Positions 1 to 9,159 of a stretch of 64,000 nt of DNA are shown here, piece by piece; positions within the stretch are counted from its first letter, which is position 1; every line of letters begins with the position of its first letter. The notes beneath the pieces are model-generated. The model was given only the letters and a program-made list of their open reading frames with translations. It was not told the DNA's origin and did no database searches. Made by a program: the position numbers and the translations under genes. The stretch lies in contig CAVSGI010000013.1 of the NCBI GenBank assembly GCA_963727445.1, forward strand, positions 384,001 to 448,000, written 5' to 3'. This DNA comes from an uncultured delta proteobacterium. Its GTDB lineage: Bacteria; Myxococcota_A; Polyangia; Polyangiales; B10-G4.

Positions 1-680
1 CGCGACACGCGATCTTCGCGCGGCTCGGAGAAGGGGAACTCCTCGTTCCAGACCTCCACGTCCATGTCGAGGACGCCGGTGTGCTCCATCATCAGCGCGT
101 ACACGTACCCGAAGGGGCCCGAGTCGCGGAGGGTGGCGAGGCTCTCGATCACATCCGGATCGTCGAGGACGGAGGGCGGCTCGCCGTAGTCGTCCGTGCC
201 GTCGTCTGCGGGCGAGCCCGCCACCGACGCGCCGAGCGGCACCACGTGCGCGCTGAGGTAGCCCGTCGCGACCCTTCCGGCGACGCGCTGATGGACGTCG
301 ACCACCAACGACGCGCGCTCGTCGTCACCGGCGGCCTGGCCGAGCGCCGCCGCGCGGGCGCGGAGCGCGGGCAGCTCGGCTGCTTCCTCCGGCGTGAGCT
401 TGTGCGCGACGTCGTCGATGGCGTGAAGCAGCGCCCTCGCCCGCTCGCCGTCGTCCCCGGCGCCGATCAGGAGATCGTCCTGAGCGCGGAAGTAACGCCG
501 GAGCGCGTCTTCGTCGTCGCGCCGCCAGCACAACAGCGCGCTCGGATCACAGGTCCCGTCGGCCTTGTCTCCGATGCCGAACTCCACCTCCTGCGTCCCC
601 TCCGCTGGCTCCACGGGTGCCGTGCACCCCAGGGCCAGGACCACGAGGACGAGCCAATGGCTGCGAACGCGCTTCGTCAC
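1..680 (-). CDS. hypothetical lipoprotein, runs off the window edge
   Basis: Manual translation from GTG at 680: MTKRVRSHWLVLVVLALGC (lipobox) then TAPVEPAEGTQEVEFGIGDKADG; open to position 1; absent from the ORF track because there is no stop in the window. Confidence 0.75.
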   Translation of the reverse strand, partial: MTKRVRSHWLVLVVLALGCTAPVEPAEGTQEVEFGIGDKADGTCDPSALLCWRRDDEDALRRYFRAQDDLLIGAGDDGERARALLHAIDDVAHKLTPEEAAELPALRARAAALGQAAGDDERASLVVDVHQRVAGRVATGYLSAHVVPLGASVAGSPADDGTDDYGEPPSVLDDPDVIESLATLRDSGPFGYVYALMMEHTGVLDMDVEVWNEEFPFSEPREDRVS

Positions 681-824
681 GGCGCTGCCGGATGCATCGC
701 TCGGGCCAGCACCAATCGGCCGCGACGCTCGGCGATTGTCCGGTCATTTCGCGGCGCCCCTCCGCATATGGAAGGTCGCCTCGCCGGCTGTCGCAGGTGC
801 GCGAGCCGCCTGCGCTCGGGCGGC

Positions 825-1643
825 TCAGGGTGGGTCCTCGAGTCGAGCCGGGTTCTCGACGTAGTCCTTGAAGAGCTCGAGGGTGCGGGCCGCATAGAAC
901 CCGTCGGCGATCCGCTCGTCGAAGCTGTAGCGCATCTCGGCCACGGTCCGGACGACGAGCTGGTCGTCGTCGTTCACCACCGGCGCACGGTGCGTCCGCC
1001 CGAGCACGGCGAAGAGCGGCACCGTGCCGTACTCGTAGAGGTGGTGATAGGCCGCGTCGAGCCCCACGCTCCCGAGGTTGGCGACGAAGATCGACGCGTA
1101 GAGCGGATCGTTCCGGATCATCGCCGCCGGGAGCAGGTTGAAGTAGTCGAGGGCGCGCTGGGCCCACATCGACAGGCGCAACAGCGAGCGCGGCATCTTG
1201 GTGACGATGCTCATCTCCTTTTCGCTCGCGGTCGCCTCGTCGCCCTTCCCCTCGGCGATCGCCTCGCGCACCCGCGCTTCGACCTTCGAAAGCGTGTCGT
1301 CCGCCGCGAACGTGACCTTGACCGTGGTCAGCTTCCCGCCGTCCGAGAATTCCTTCTTCACCGCGAAGGAGACCTCCACCGCCTCGCGCTGATACGTGCG
1401 CCGCCCGACGATGAAGCGGTTCATCCGCGGCCGTTGCCCGAGGGCTCTCACGATGCCGGCGAGGACGATGGTGAAGAGCTTCACGCCGCGCTCTTCGGCC
1501 CACACGAGGGTCTCGGTCACGTCGAGCCGCTGGTCGAAGTAGACGACCGACTCGTTCCGCGTCGGCATCAGGTGCGGCATCAGAACGCGCAGCATCGGGA
1601 GCTCGCGCACCCGCTGGCCGTCAGCTCGTCCGAAGAGCGGCAT
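825..1643 (-). CDS. stand-alone 2-oxoacid dehydrogenase E2-type acyltransferase catalytic domain protein
   Basis: E2/CAT-like motifs IFVANLGSVG and YSFDERIADG; no lipoyl domain. Confidence 0.8.
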   Translation of the reverse strand: MPLFGRADGQRVRELPMLRVLMPHLMPTRNESVVYFDQRLDVTETLVWAEERGVKLFTIVLAGIVRALGQRPRMNRFIVGRRTYQREAVEVSFAVKKEFSDGGKLTTVKVTFAADDTLSKVEARVREAIAEGKGDEATASEKEMSIVTKMPRSLLRLSMWAQRALDYFNLLPAAMIRNDPLYASIFVANLGSVGLDAAYHHLYEYGTVPLFAVLGRTHRAPVVNDDDQLVVRTVAEMRYSFDERIADGFYAARTLELFKDYVENPARLEDPP

Positions 1644-1691
1644 GGCCGCCGGTGTACCAACGACCCGTGACGGCGGAAAGGGCGCTCGGCC

Positions 1692-3221
1692 TCAGAGCGC
1701 CGGCAGGCAGGTGCGGATCGGCCGGAGCGCCCGTGCCACGTCGGGCACCCCGAGCTGGCCGTCGGCGCCGCTGCCCCAGCAGTAGACGGCGCCCGCGTCG
1801 TCCACCGCACAGCTGTGCCGCTCGCCTGCCGAGACCTCAGCCCAGGTGCGCCGGGTGTCGAGGAGCGTCGGCGAGAGGCGGTCGCTGTCGTCGCCGAGGC
1901 CGAGGCGCCCGTCCTGCCCCACTCCCCAACAGGCGAGGGTTCCGACGTTGCGGACCGCGCACCCATGCACCGCCCCCGCGCTCGGGCGCTCCAGCCCGTC
2001 GCCGACGACCCCGGGCAGGCGCCGGTCCGCGCGATCGCCGGTGCCGAGCTGCGCCATCGAGTTGTCGCCCCAGCACCACAGCACGTTGAGCACCGAGCGC
2101 GCGCAGCCGTGGAAGGCGCCGGAGGTGGTGGTGGCGAAGAGGGTGGCGTCGGTGACCAGGGTCGGGCTGGTGCGCCCGGTGGTGATCCCGCGTTCGCCGA
2201 GGCCCAGCTGCCCCGCCTCGTTCGCCCCCCAGCAGTAGAGAAGCTGACCCTCGTTGATCGCGCAGGCGTGGCGATCGCCGGCACCGACGACGATCCACTG
2301 CTCGTCTGCGTTCACCGATGTGGGCGTCGGCAGATCGGACGCGCCCCCGACGCCCAGCTGCCCCGAGTCCCCCGCGCCCCAGCAGCGGAGCTTGCCCGCG
2401 GCGTCGATGGCGCAGCTGAAATCCGTGCCGAGGGAGAGCGACGTCACGCCGGTCAGGCCGGGCACGGCCGTCGGGGCGTTCTGGTCCGTGCCGACGTCGC
2501 CGGTGCCGAGCTGCCCGCAATCGTTCGCTCCCCAGCACGACACGCCGCCCGCATCGTCGATGGCGCAGGCGTGCGCGCCGCCCACCGCGACCGCTGCGCC
2601 GCCGAAGACGTCCACCGGCGAAGCGACGAGAGGCTCGAAGGCGCCGTGGCCCACCGTCCCGCGCTCCGCCGAGCCCCAACAGAAGATGCGCCCGTCGGTG
2701 GTGTGCGCGCAGCTCGAGACGTTGCCCGCGGAGACGGCGTCCGCCGGTCGCGTGGGGATGCACTCCCCCGTGTCGCAGGCGTCGCCGTCGCAAGAACAGT
2801 CGTGACACATCGCGCCTGCCAGACCGCAGGCGTCCTGCCGGAGGCCCACCTGACAGCGCGCGCCATCCCAGCAGCCGGTGCAGCACATGCCCTGGCGACA
2901 GGTTCCGTTGGCGCAGCCGCGCCCATCCGGCACCGGAATGCATTCGCCATCCAGACAGATGTTGCAGGGCGGACAGGCCTCGGGGCAGGCCCTCGGCGCG
3001 TCCGGGGCATCCATGCTCGCATCGGGTCCCACGTCGGGGGCATCGGGGCGTGCGTCCCCCATGGTGTCGTCCGGACCGCACGCGGCCACCGCCACCGCCA
3101 TCACCGCCACCGCCAACCTGACGATGACGGCCAGCCCGCTCAGGCGCCCCTTGCCTTGGGGAAGCGGAGGGCGGCTGAAGGTACTCTCTGAGCGAAGTGA
3201 CGGTGGGGCCGCGGAGGGCAC
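1692..3221 (-). CDS. RCC1-repeat (beta-propeller) lipoprotein with a Cys-rich N-terminal segment; true start probably about 100 bp further in
   Basis: Repeated CWGxNxxGQLG and HxCA motifs; lipobox AVAAC. Confidence 0.9.
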   Translation of the reverse strand: MPSAAPPSLRSESTFSRPPLPQGKGRLSGLAVIVRLAVAVMAVAVAACGPDDTMGDARPDAPDVGPDASMDAPDAPRACPEACPPCNICLDGECIPVPDGRGCANGTCRQGMCCTGCWDGARCQVGLRQDACGLAGAMCHDCSCDGDACDTGECIPTRPADAVSAGNVSSCAHTTDGRIFCWGSAERGTVGHGAFEPLVASPVDVFGGAAVAVGGAHACAIDDAGGVSCWGANDCGQLGTGDVGTDQNAPTAVPGLTGVTSLSLGTDFSCAIDAAGKLRCWGAGDSGQLGVGGASDLPTPTSVNADEQWIVVGAGDRHACAINEGQLLYCWGANEAGQLGLGERGITTGRTSPTLVTDATLFATTTSGAFHGCARSVLNVLWCWGDNSMAQLGTGDRADRRLPGVVGDGLERPSAGAVHGCAVRNVGTLACWGVGQDGRLGLGDDSDRLSPTLLDTRRTWAEVSAGERHSCAVDDAGAVYCWGSGADGQLGVPDVARALRPIRTCLPAL

Positions 3222-3274
3222 GGGCGTGAGTCTACCCCCGGCGCTCGGCTCCTGCTCGGACGAATGCGGGCGGC

Positions 3275-4243
3275 TCAGCCCTGATGCGTCATCTGCGCGG
3301 CGGTGTGCGCTGCGTGACGCTCGGCGCGGCGCTCAGCGCGGCGGGCGCGACGCTCGACGCGAAGGCGATGCACCCGGCGCGCCTGCCGGCGCTCGTGCCG
3401 CTCGGCGCGGCGCGCGAGCTCGGCATCGACCTGCTCCGGCAGATCGACGAAGTGCGGTACCGGATCGGTCAGATGCCCGCCGCGCCGATACTCGAAGTGC
3501 AGGTGCGGCGCGCGCGACAGGCCGGTGGTGCCAACCTCGCCCAGGGTCTGGCCGCGCGCGACGCGCTGGCCGGCGAAGAGGTACGAAGCCCTGAGGTGCG
3601 CGTAGAGCGAGGTGCCACCGTCGGGGTGCACGACCAGGACGAGGTTGCCGTAGCCCGAAACCCCGTTGTCGGCATAGGCGACGATGCCCTCGTCGACCGC
3701 GCGCACGGTCGAGCCGATCGGCGCGGGGATGTCGACGCCATCGTGGCGGATGTGTCGCAGCTCGGCGCGACGCACGAAGCCGAAGCCACGACCCATGGTG
3801 CCGTCTTCGACCGGGAAGAGGATGCCCTCGGCGTCCCGTTCCGAGCCGATGGCGTCGATCCACTCCTGACGCGGCGACCCGGTGAACAGGGTGTTCGCCG
3901 TGCGGGTCTCGCCGAGGCCGAGCGCGTCGGCGCGCTCAGCGGCCTCGCCCTCGGGCAGGGCGACCATGCGTGGGCCGTCGCAGTAGCGGCGCGCGCCGCG
4001 GTGACGGCAGCGCCGGATCTTGCTCATCCACTCGGTGGGGCGCGGCGTCGCGAGCGCGACGGCGACCTCTTCCTCCGCGCCTTCGCTGGGGGCTGGTGTG
4101 GCCAACGCGTCGGCGCTCTCGACCCGAGCCACGCTGGGCGCGAACATCGATCCCTCCATGGCATCGAGCGCGGGCGGATCGATCAGCATCGGACCCGCCA
4201 TGAGGGCCGAAAGCAGAATCAGTGATCCGATTTGATAGGGCAT
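3275..4243 (-). CDS. M23 family metallopeptidase
   Basis: HDGVD, YGNLV, YAHL and PHLHFE motifs; hydrophobic N-terminus. Confidence 0.92.
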   Translation of the reverse strand: MPYQIGSLILLSALMAGPMLIDPPALDAMEGSMFAPSVARVESADALATPAPSEGAEEEVAVALATPRPTEWMSKIRRCRHRGARRYCDGPRMVALPEGEAAERADALGLGETRTANTLFTGSPRQEWIDAIGSERDAEGILFPVEDGTMGRGFGFVRRAELRHIRHDGVDIPAPIGSTVRAVDEGIVAYADNGVSGYGNLVLVVHPDGGTSLYAHLRASYLFAGQRVARGQTLGEVGTTGLSRAPHLHFEYRRGGHLTDPVPHFVDLPEQVDAELARRAERHERRQARRVHRLRVERRARRAERRAERHAAHTAAQMTHQG

Positions 4244-4283
4244 GCGAGAGGCTCCTCCCGGGGACGGACCTCAACATGACCGC

Positions 4284-4385
4284 TTCGGGCGATTCTCGGT
4301 ATCGGGGATCGCCCGTAAATTCTTCACTTTCTGCGTCCGGATCTTCCCCCGGCCGGTGTAGGTGTAGGGGGGATACCCCACATGT
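4284..4385. promoter_or_regulatory. cluster of imperfect palindromes upstream of the M23 gene, candidate operators
   Basis: CGGGCGATTCTCGGTATCGGGGATCGCCCG (4286-4315) and TGTAGGGGGGATACCCCACA (4363-4382). Confidence 0.3.
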
Positions 4386-4402
4386 CCGCACGCTGTAGTT
4401 TT

Positions 4403-5002
4403 CTACTCGTTCATCAGGCCAGCGCGGAGGGCGAAGCGAACGAGCTCTGCGCGCGACTGAAAACCCATCTTGTCGTTGATGCGTGATCGGTAGGTCTCGA
4501 TCGTCTTCACCGACACGCCGAGCTCCTTCGCGATCTCCTTGTGCGTGTGACCGAGCGCGACCATGCGCAGCACTTCCTGCTCGCGTTTGCTGAGCTTGTC
4601 GAGGCCGGCGACCGGCGTGATCCCCGTCTCCATGTCGAGCGACTTCACGAGCTCGTCGGAGAGACGGTCTCCGTCGTCGGAGGATTGCACCGTCGTGAGG
4701 ATCGCGCGCCGCTGGCGCTCGTCCTCTTCGATCAGATGGATCTCCTGCTTGCCGATGGTGAGCACGTCCCCGTGCCTGAGCGGGATCACGCGATCGATGC
4801 GATTGCCGTTGAGGAAGATCCCGTTGCGACTCCCCAGGTCCTCTACGGTGATCCCGTTCGATTCCACGTGGAGCACCGCGTGCCTGCGCGACGCCTCGAC
4901 ATCGTCGATCTGCAGCCCGCAATCACTGCCCCTGCCCAGGACGAAATCCCCCTGCGAAAGCAGGACGGTGTTCCCCAGGTAGCGAAGCATCCAGCGCGCC
5001 AC
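4403..5002 (-). CDS. FHA domain plus LuxR-type HTH transcriptional regulator
   Basis: FHA motifs GR, SRRHA, DLGSRNG; C-terminal LSKREQEVL...KEIAKELGVSVKTIETYRSRI. Confidence 0.92.
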   Translation of the reverse strand: MARWMLRYLGNTVLLSQGDFVLGRGSDCGLQIDDVEASRRHAVLHVESNGITVEDLGSRNGIFLNGNRIDRVIPLRHGDVLTIGKQEIHLIEEDERQRRAILTTVQSSDDGDRLSDELVKSLDMETGITPVAGLDKLSKREQEVLRMVALGHTHKEIAKELGVSVKTIETYRSRINDKMGFQSRAELVRFALRAGLMNE

Positions 5003-5051
5003 GGCCCCCGATCGTACCCCAATTTCGACTCGAATTTGCTAAACCCGAAGC

Positions 5052-5714
5052 GTGACCGCCCGACGCCGGCGTAGGAGACGCTTCATCGCCGTGGCCGCGC
5101 TCGCGGCCGCAGCGACGACCATCCTCTACCCTGCGCCGGCACCGGCGACCATCGCGGAGCAACGCGCGCGCCTGCCTCCGCCCGCCGAATGCGGCGACGA
5201 CATCGTTCAAGGCGTCTGGAAGTCTCACAAGTTCGACGAGCGCTATGGCGAGTGGGTGATATTCACCCTCGAGGTGCATCGCCTCGCGGACCATCCGAAT
5301 CAGCTGCGGGGCACGATCAGCAATCACTCTTGGAACGGCACCCCGGAGCAGTCGGAGCCGCCGCCCTGCGGGCCGGGACAGGCGGAGTGGGTGATCGAGA
5401 CCGACGCCGAAGGCAGCATCGACCCGACGGGACGGATCCGCTTCTACGGCGTGGGCCAGTGGCGTCTGACGCAGCGCATCTGTCCCACCAACCTCTGGGG
5501 CGGCTACAACCTCGACAACTTCGACGGCGTCATCGACACCGAGCTCAACGAGTTCCAGACCCACAACAACGACGGCGGCCGCGACGTGAACGAGCCCTAC
5601 GTGTTCCGCCGGGTCAGCTGCTTTCCGGAGGGCTCGGAGTTTCACCCGCAGATCGTCACCGAGCCGCCGGACTTCTACCCGAACCAGGGCGGCTGCGGCT
5701 GCGACTTCTTGTAG
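5052..5714 (+). CDS. secreted hypothetical protein
   Basis: Arg-rich and hydrophobic signal peptide, globular-looking body, ends GGCGCDFL. Confidence 0.75.
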   Translation: MTARRRRRRRFIAVAALAAAATTILYPAPAPATIAEQRARLPPPAECGDDIVQGVWKSHKFDERYGEWVIFTLEVHRLADHPNQLRGTISNHSWNGTPEQSEPPPCGPGQAEWVIETDAEGSIDPTGRIRFYGVGQWRLTQRICPTNLWGGYNLDNFDGVIDTELNEFQTHNNDGGRDVNEPYVFRRVSCFPEGSEFHPQIVTEPPDFYPNQGGCGCDFL

Positions 5715-5840
5715 GCGAGTCTCCGGCAACCCGAGTTGCCGCCTGAGCTCTGGCGCCACGAAAAAGACTGCGATCCCGTCGTTCGAAGTCTGGCACGTGA
5801 TCTGCTGACCTCTTCTGCTCCCCGGAATGGAGAGCACGAG

Positions 5841-7016
5841 ATGGCCAAGGGCAAGACGATCGTTTCCGAGATCCTCGCGCAGGAGTACCGCGCGCGCGAG
5901 CTGAGCCGGCGCTGCCTGCTGAAGAACGCGCTCGCCGGATCGGCGGGGCTCGCGGCTGCAGGTCTCGTCGGCTGCGCGACGCCGGGCGAGCCCACGCCTT
6001 CGGGCTACGGCGGTTCGGGCGGGAAGGCGGATGGCGCGGACGGCGGCGTAGCGGAAGCGGACGCCGGCGCGGACGCAGCCGAAGACGCCGGCAGCAGCGG
6101 CCACCTGGTGGGCATGGGCTGGTCAGAGACCGACACCGAGTACCTCACGGCTTTCGATCGCGCCCTCGAAGAGACGATGGGCCTGTCCTTCATCCAGCCC
6201 GGCGACACCGTCTACTTCAAGGTCAACTGCAACAACGGCGACCTCTACCCGCACTCGACGCAGCCGATCCTGATCCGCGAGCTCGCCAGTCGCTGCCGCG
6301 ACATGGGCGCGTCGCGCGTCATCGTCGGCGACCGATCGTTCTGGGGCGACAACGACACCATGGGCAACATGGAGGCGAACGGCGTCGCCGGTGCCGCGCG
6401 CGATGCCGGGGCCGAGCTCTACGTCTTCGACGACGACTCGGTCGATTGGGTCGCCTTCACCCAGGACCAGGCGCCGACCTGGAACGGCGGCTTCCGATTG
6501 CCGCTGCCGGTGGTGGAGGCCGACCACATCATCAACCTTCCGCTGATCAAAACGCACTTCATCACCGGCTTCACGATGTCGCTGAAGAACGCGCTCGGCC
6601 TGCCCCACGCCATCGACCGCGCGCGGGAGGGCAACCTCGACACGCACGTCAAACCGAACATCTATCACCAGAGCGCCGAGGTGAATCAGTTCATCACGCC
6701 CTCGCTCAACGTCCTCGACGGCTACTACGCGCTCATCACCGGCGGTCCCACGCGGCGCGGCGCGAGCTACGCCGACCCACGCGTCTTCGTCGTCTCGGCC
6801 GATCGCATCGCCGCTGACGTGACGGGGATCGCCGTCCTTCAGACCCTCTCTCCCTCGACGGAGGAGGTCACGCAGTATCCGGCTTGGGCCAACCCTCAGA
6901 TCGCCGCTGCCGTGGACAAGGGCCTCGGCATCAACGGTCCGGAGGAATACGACCTCTCGGGCCCCTCGGTGGCCGAGATCGAGCGCTATCGGGCGCTGGC
7001 GACCGCCACGTCGTGA
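5841..7016 (+). CDS. DUF362-like protein with a Tat/lipoprotein signal
   Basis: SRRCLLK twin-Arg, LVGC lipobox, VYFKVN, INLPLIKTH...TMSLKN, SADRIAAD motifs. Confidence 0.8.
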   Translation: MAKGKTIVSEILAQEYRARELSRRCLLKNALAGSAGLAAAGLVGCATPGEPTPSGYGGSGGKADGADGGVAEADAGADAAEDAGSSGHLVGMGWSETDTEYLTAFDRALEETMGLSFIQPGDTVYFKVNCNNGDLYPHSTQPILIRELASRCRDMGASRVIVGDRSFWGDNDTMGNMEANGVAGAARDAGAELYVFDDDSVDWVAFTQDQAPTWNGGFRLPLPVVEADHIINLPLIKTHFITGFTMSLKNALGLPHAIDRAREGNLDTHVKPNIYHQSAEVNQFITPSLNVLDGYYALITGGPTRRGASYADPRVFVVSADRIAADVTGIAVLQTLSPSTEEVTQYPAWANPQIAAAVDKGLGINGPEEYDLSGPSVAEIERYRALATATS

Positions 7017-7027
7017 ACCCTTTGCCT

Positions 7028-7047
7028 CACCTCGCTGGCGCGAGGTG
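7028..7047 (+). terminator. hairpin after the DUF362-like gene, possible terminator
   Basis: CACCTCGC-TGGC-GCGAGGTG, perfect 8-bp stem; no U-tract. Confidence 0.3.
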
Positions 7048-7156
7048 TGGACCTCAGGTCACGGTCGGGGTAGAAGGATCGTGATTCCCGCGTAATTTGC
7101 GCTCGGCACATCGGTTGCTAAAGATCGGGCTGCTCGGGAAGGAAGACGACCTGAAA

Positions 7157-7480
7157 ATGCCCTGCGAATTCTGCCAGCGCGACGTCGACACCATGGAGGC
7201 TCACCTCCACTACACCGTGGGCTTCGGCGTGACCCACGTCGAAGGTGGAGCCGACCACGAGCACCTCTGCAAGCGCTGTATTCGCACCGCTTTCTGGGTC
7301 TATTTCCCGATCAACCTCACGGTGGGCTGGCTCTCCGTGAAGGGCTTCAAGAAGAACGCCATCATGCTCCGCGAAAACGTGCGCGCCTATGGCGCCACCC
7401 GTCGGATGAGCGATGGCCGTCCGAGCCAGCGTCCGCCCGCTCCGGCGCCCAAGCCGGCCCTCTCCGAGCGCGCCGCTTAA
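7157..7480 (+). CDS. small hypothetical membrane protein with two CxxC motifs
   Basis: CEFC...CKRC followed by the hydrophobic stretch FWVYFPINLTVGWL. Confidence 0.65.
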   Translation: MPCEFCQRDVDTMEAHLHYTVGFGVTHVEGGADHEHLCKRCIRTAFWVYFPINLTVGWLSVKGFKKNAIMLRENVRAYGATRRMSDGRPSQRPPAPAPKPALSERAA

Positions 7481-7661
7481 ACCCGCGAGGCGAGCCAAAC
7501 TCGAGCGGACCGCCCGCGTCCAAGGATGGGCGCGATGCATTGGTGTCTCCTCTTCGCGGACAGAACGCGGCCAGATAGCTGCATACGGGCTTCGGCCATG
7601 AGACGAGTCGCCTTGACCCTCGGATTGGCGCCCCCGTACCTTAAACGGGGCCTTTCTCCCC

Positions 7662-9128
7662 ATGGCCATCCTCCTCCTCAGTGAAGAAGAAAGGCTCGGC
7701 ACCACCGTTGCCGGTCGCTACCGCCTCGACGCGGTGCTGGGCTCCGGAGGTATGGCGGTGGTCTTTCGCGCGAAGCACACCTGGACCGGCCGCGACGTGG
7801 CCGTGAAGTTCCTCGACCCGCGCAAGACGAAGGACCTCGATACCGCCTCGAAACGCTTCCTCAAGGAAGGTCGGGTGATCGGGGCGCTCTCGCATCCCAA
7901 CGTCGTGAAGGTCCTCGACATGGGCAAGGACGAGCACGGGATCGTGTTCCAGGTGCTCGAGCTGCTTCACGGCTACACGCTCGCGAGCCGCCTCGACGAA
8001 GATCTGCGACTCACGGCGCAGGAAACGGTGGACGCGGTGGTGCCCATCATGGATGCGCTCACCGCGGCCCACGAGATGGCGATCATCCACCGCGACCTAA
8101 AGCCGGAGAACATCTTCATCTCTTCCGACGACGCGGGCGCGAGCGTGCCGAAGCTCCTCGACTTCGGCGTCGCCAAGGGCCTCGACGACGAGCTCGCCGG
8201 CAACCTCACCCGAGAAGGGTCGGTGCTCGGCACGCCCTATTACATGGCGCCGGAACAGGCGAAGGGCGCGTCCTCGGTCGGGCCGGAAGCCGACGTTTTC
8301 AGCATCGCCACGGTGATCTACGAGTGCCTGGTCGGTGACCTGCCCTTCGGGGACCGCGAGCCCGCGGAGTACGCCATCGAGCTCCTCTCCTCTCAGGTTC
8401 CGCCGCTCGCCGAAAAGAGCTCGGCCATCGACCCTGGGATCGCCGCGGCGGTGGACAAGGCGCTCGCGCGTGATCCGGCCGAGCGCTATCCCTCGATGCT
8501 CGCCTTCCGCCAGGCCTTCGGGTCCGCCGCGGCCAAAGCGGGCTTGAAGGTTCCGGAGCCCGCCGTCTTCACCCCCGAGGCGCGCGCCGCGCTGCTCGTG
8601 ATGAAGGGCGACGACAACTCGGTCGACACCCTCGGCGACGGCACGATGCTCTCCGACATCCTCAACGGAAGCGTCCCACCCGATCCACGGCGGCGTACGC
8701 GCCTGCTGGCCGGCATGGCGGCCGTCGCGCTCTTGATCGGCATCGTCACCTTCACCTTGATGACCGAGAGCAGCGCCGAGCCCAACCCACCGACCCCGGC
8801 GGCCAACGAGCCTTCCGTGATCTCGGCCGAAGAGCCCAGCATGGCAGCCGAAGAGGCCGAGGTGAGGGCCGATTCCATCGAGGCTGGCACCCCCTCCGAG
8901 GCGGGTCAGGCCCCCGAAGAGGACGAGGGCATGAGCGAGGACGAGGTCGTGCGGAGGCTGGCGGTCAAGCGCGTGACCTTCCCCCGAGAGCTCACACGGC
9001 CGCACATGGGAAGCGACACCGGCGGGATGCGCCCCGCGGCCGAGGGCGCGGAGACTCCTGCGATCACTCAGGAAACCGACAGTCCGACCATGCGTCCGGA
9101 CCGTCCGAACGTCGTTCGCGAGTTCTGA
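7662..9128 (+). CDS. membrane Ser/Thr protein kinase
   Basis: GSGGMA, VAVK, HRDLKPEN, DFG, GTPYYMAPE; TM helix and low-complexity tail. Confidence 0.95.
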   Translation: MAILLLSEEERLGTTVAGRYRLDAVLGSGGMAVVFRAKHTWTGRDVAVKFLDPRKTKDLDTASKRFLKEGRVIGALSHPNVVKVLDMGKDEHGIVFQVLELLHGYTLASRLDEDLRLTAQETVDAVVPIMDALTAAHEMAIIHRDLKPENIFISSDDAGASVPKLLDFGVAKGLDDELAGNLTREGSVLGTPYYMAPEQAKGASSVGPEADVFSIATVIYECLVGDLPFGDREPAEYAIELLSSQVPPLAEKSSAIDPGIAAAVDKALARDPAERYPSMLAFRQAFGSAAAKAGLKVPEPAVFTPEARAALLVMKGDDNSVDTLGDGTMLSDILNGSVPPDPRRRTRLLAGMAAVALLIGIVTFTLMTESSAEPNPPTPAANEPSVISAEEPSMAAEEAEVRADSIEAGTPSEAGQAPEEDEGMSEDEVVRRLAVKRVTFPRELTRPHMGSDTGGMRPAAEGAETPAITQETDSPTMRPDRPNVVREF

Positions 9129-9159
9129 TTCGCGTCCTCGATCGGGTATCCTGGCGGCG

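Noticed and set aside
81..1670. Long alternative ORFs here and at 14589-16853, 21107-23785, 44203-46296 and 53707-55770
   Set aside because: Antisense or off-frame shadows of motif-supported genes, expected at this GC content.
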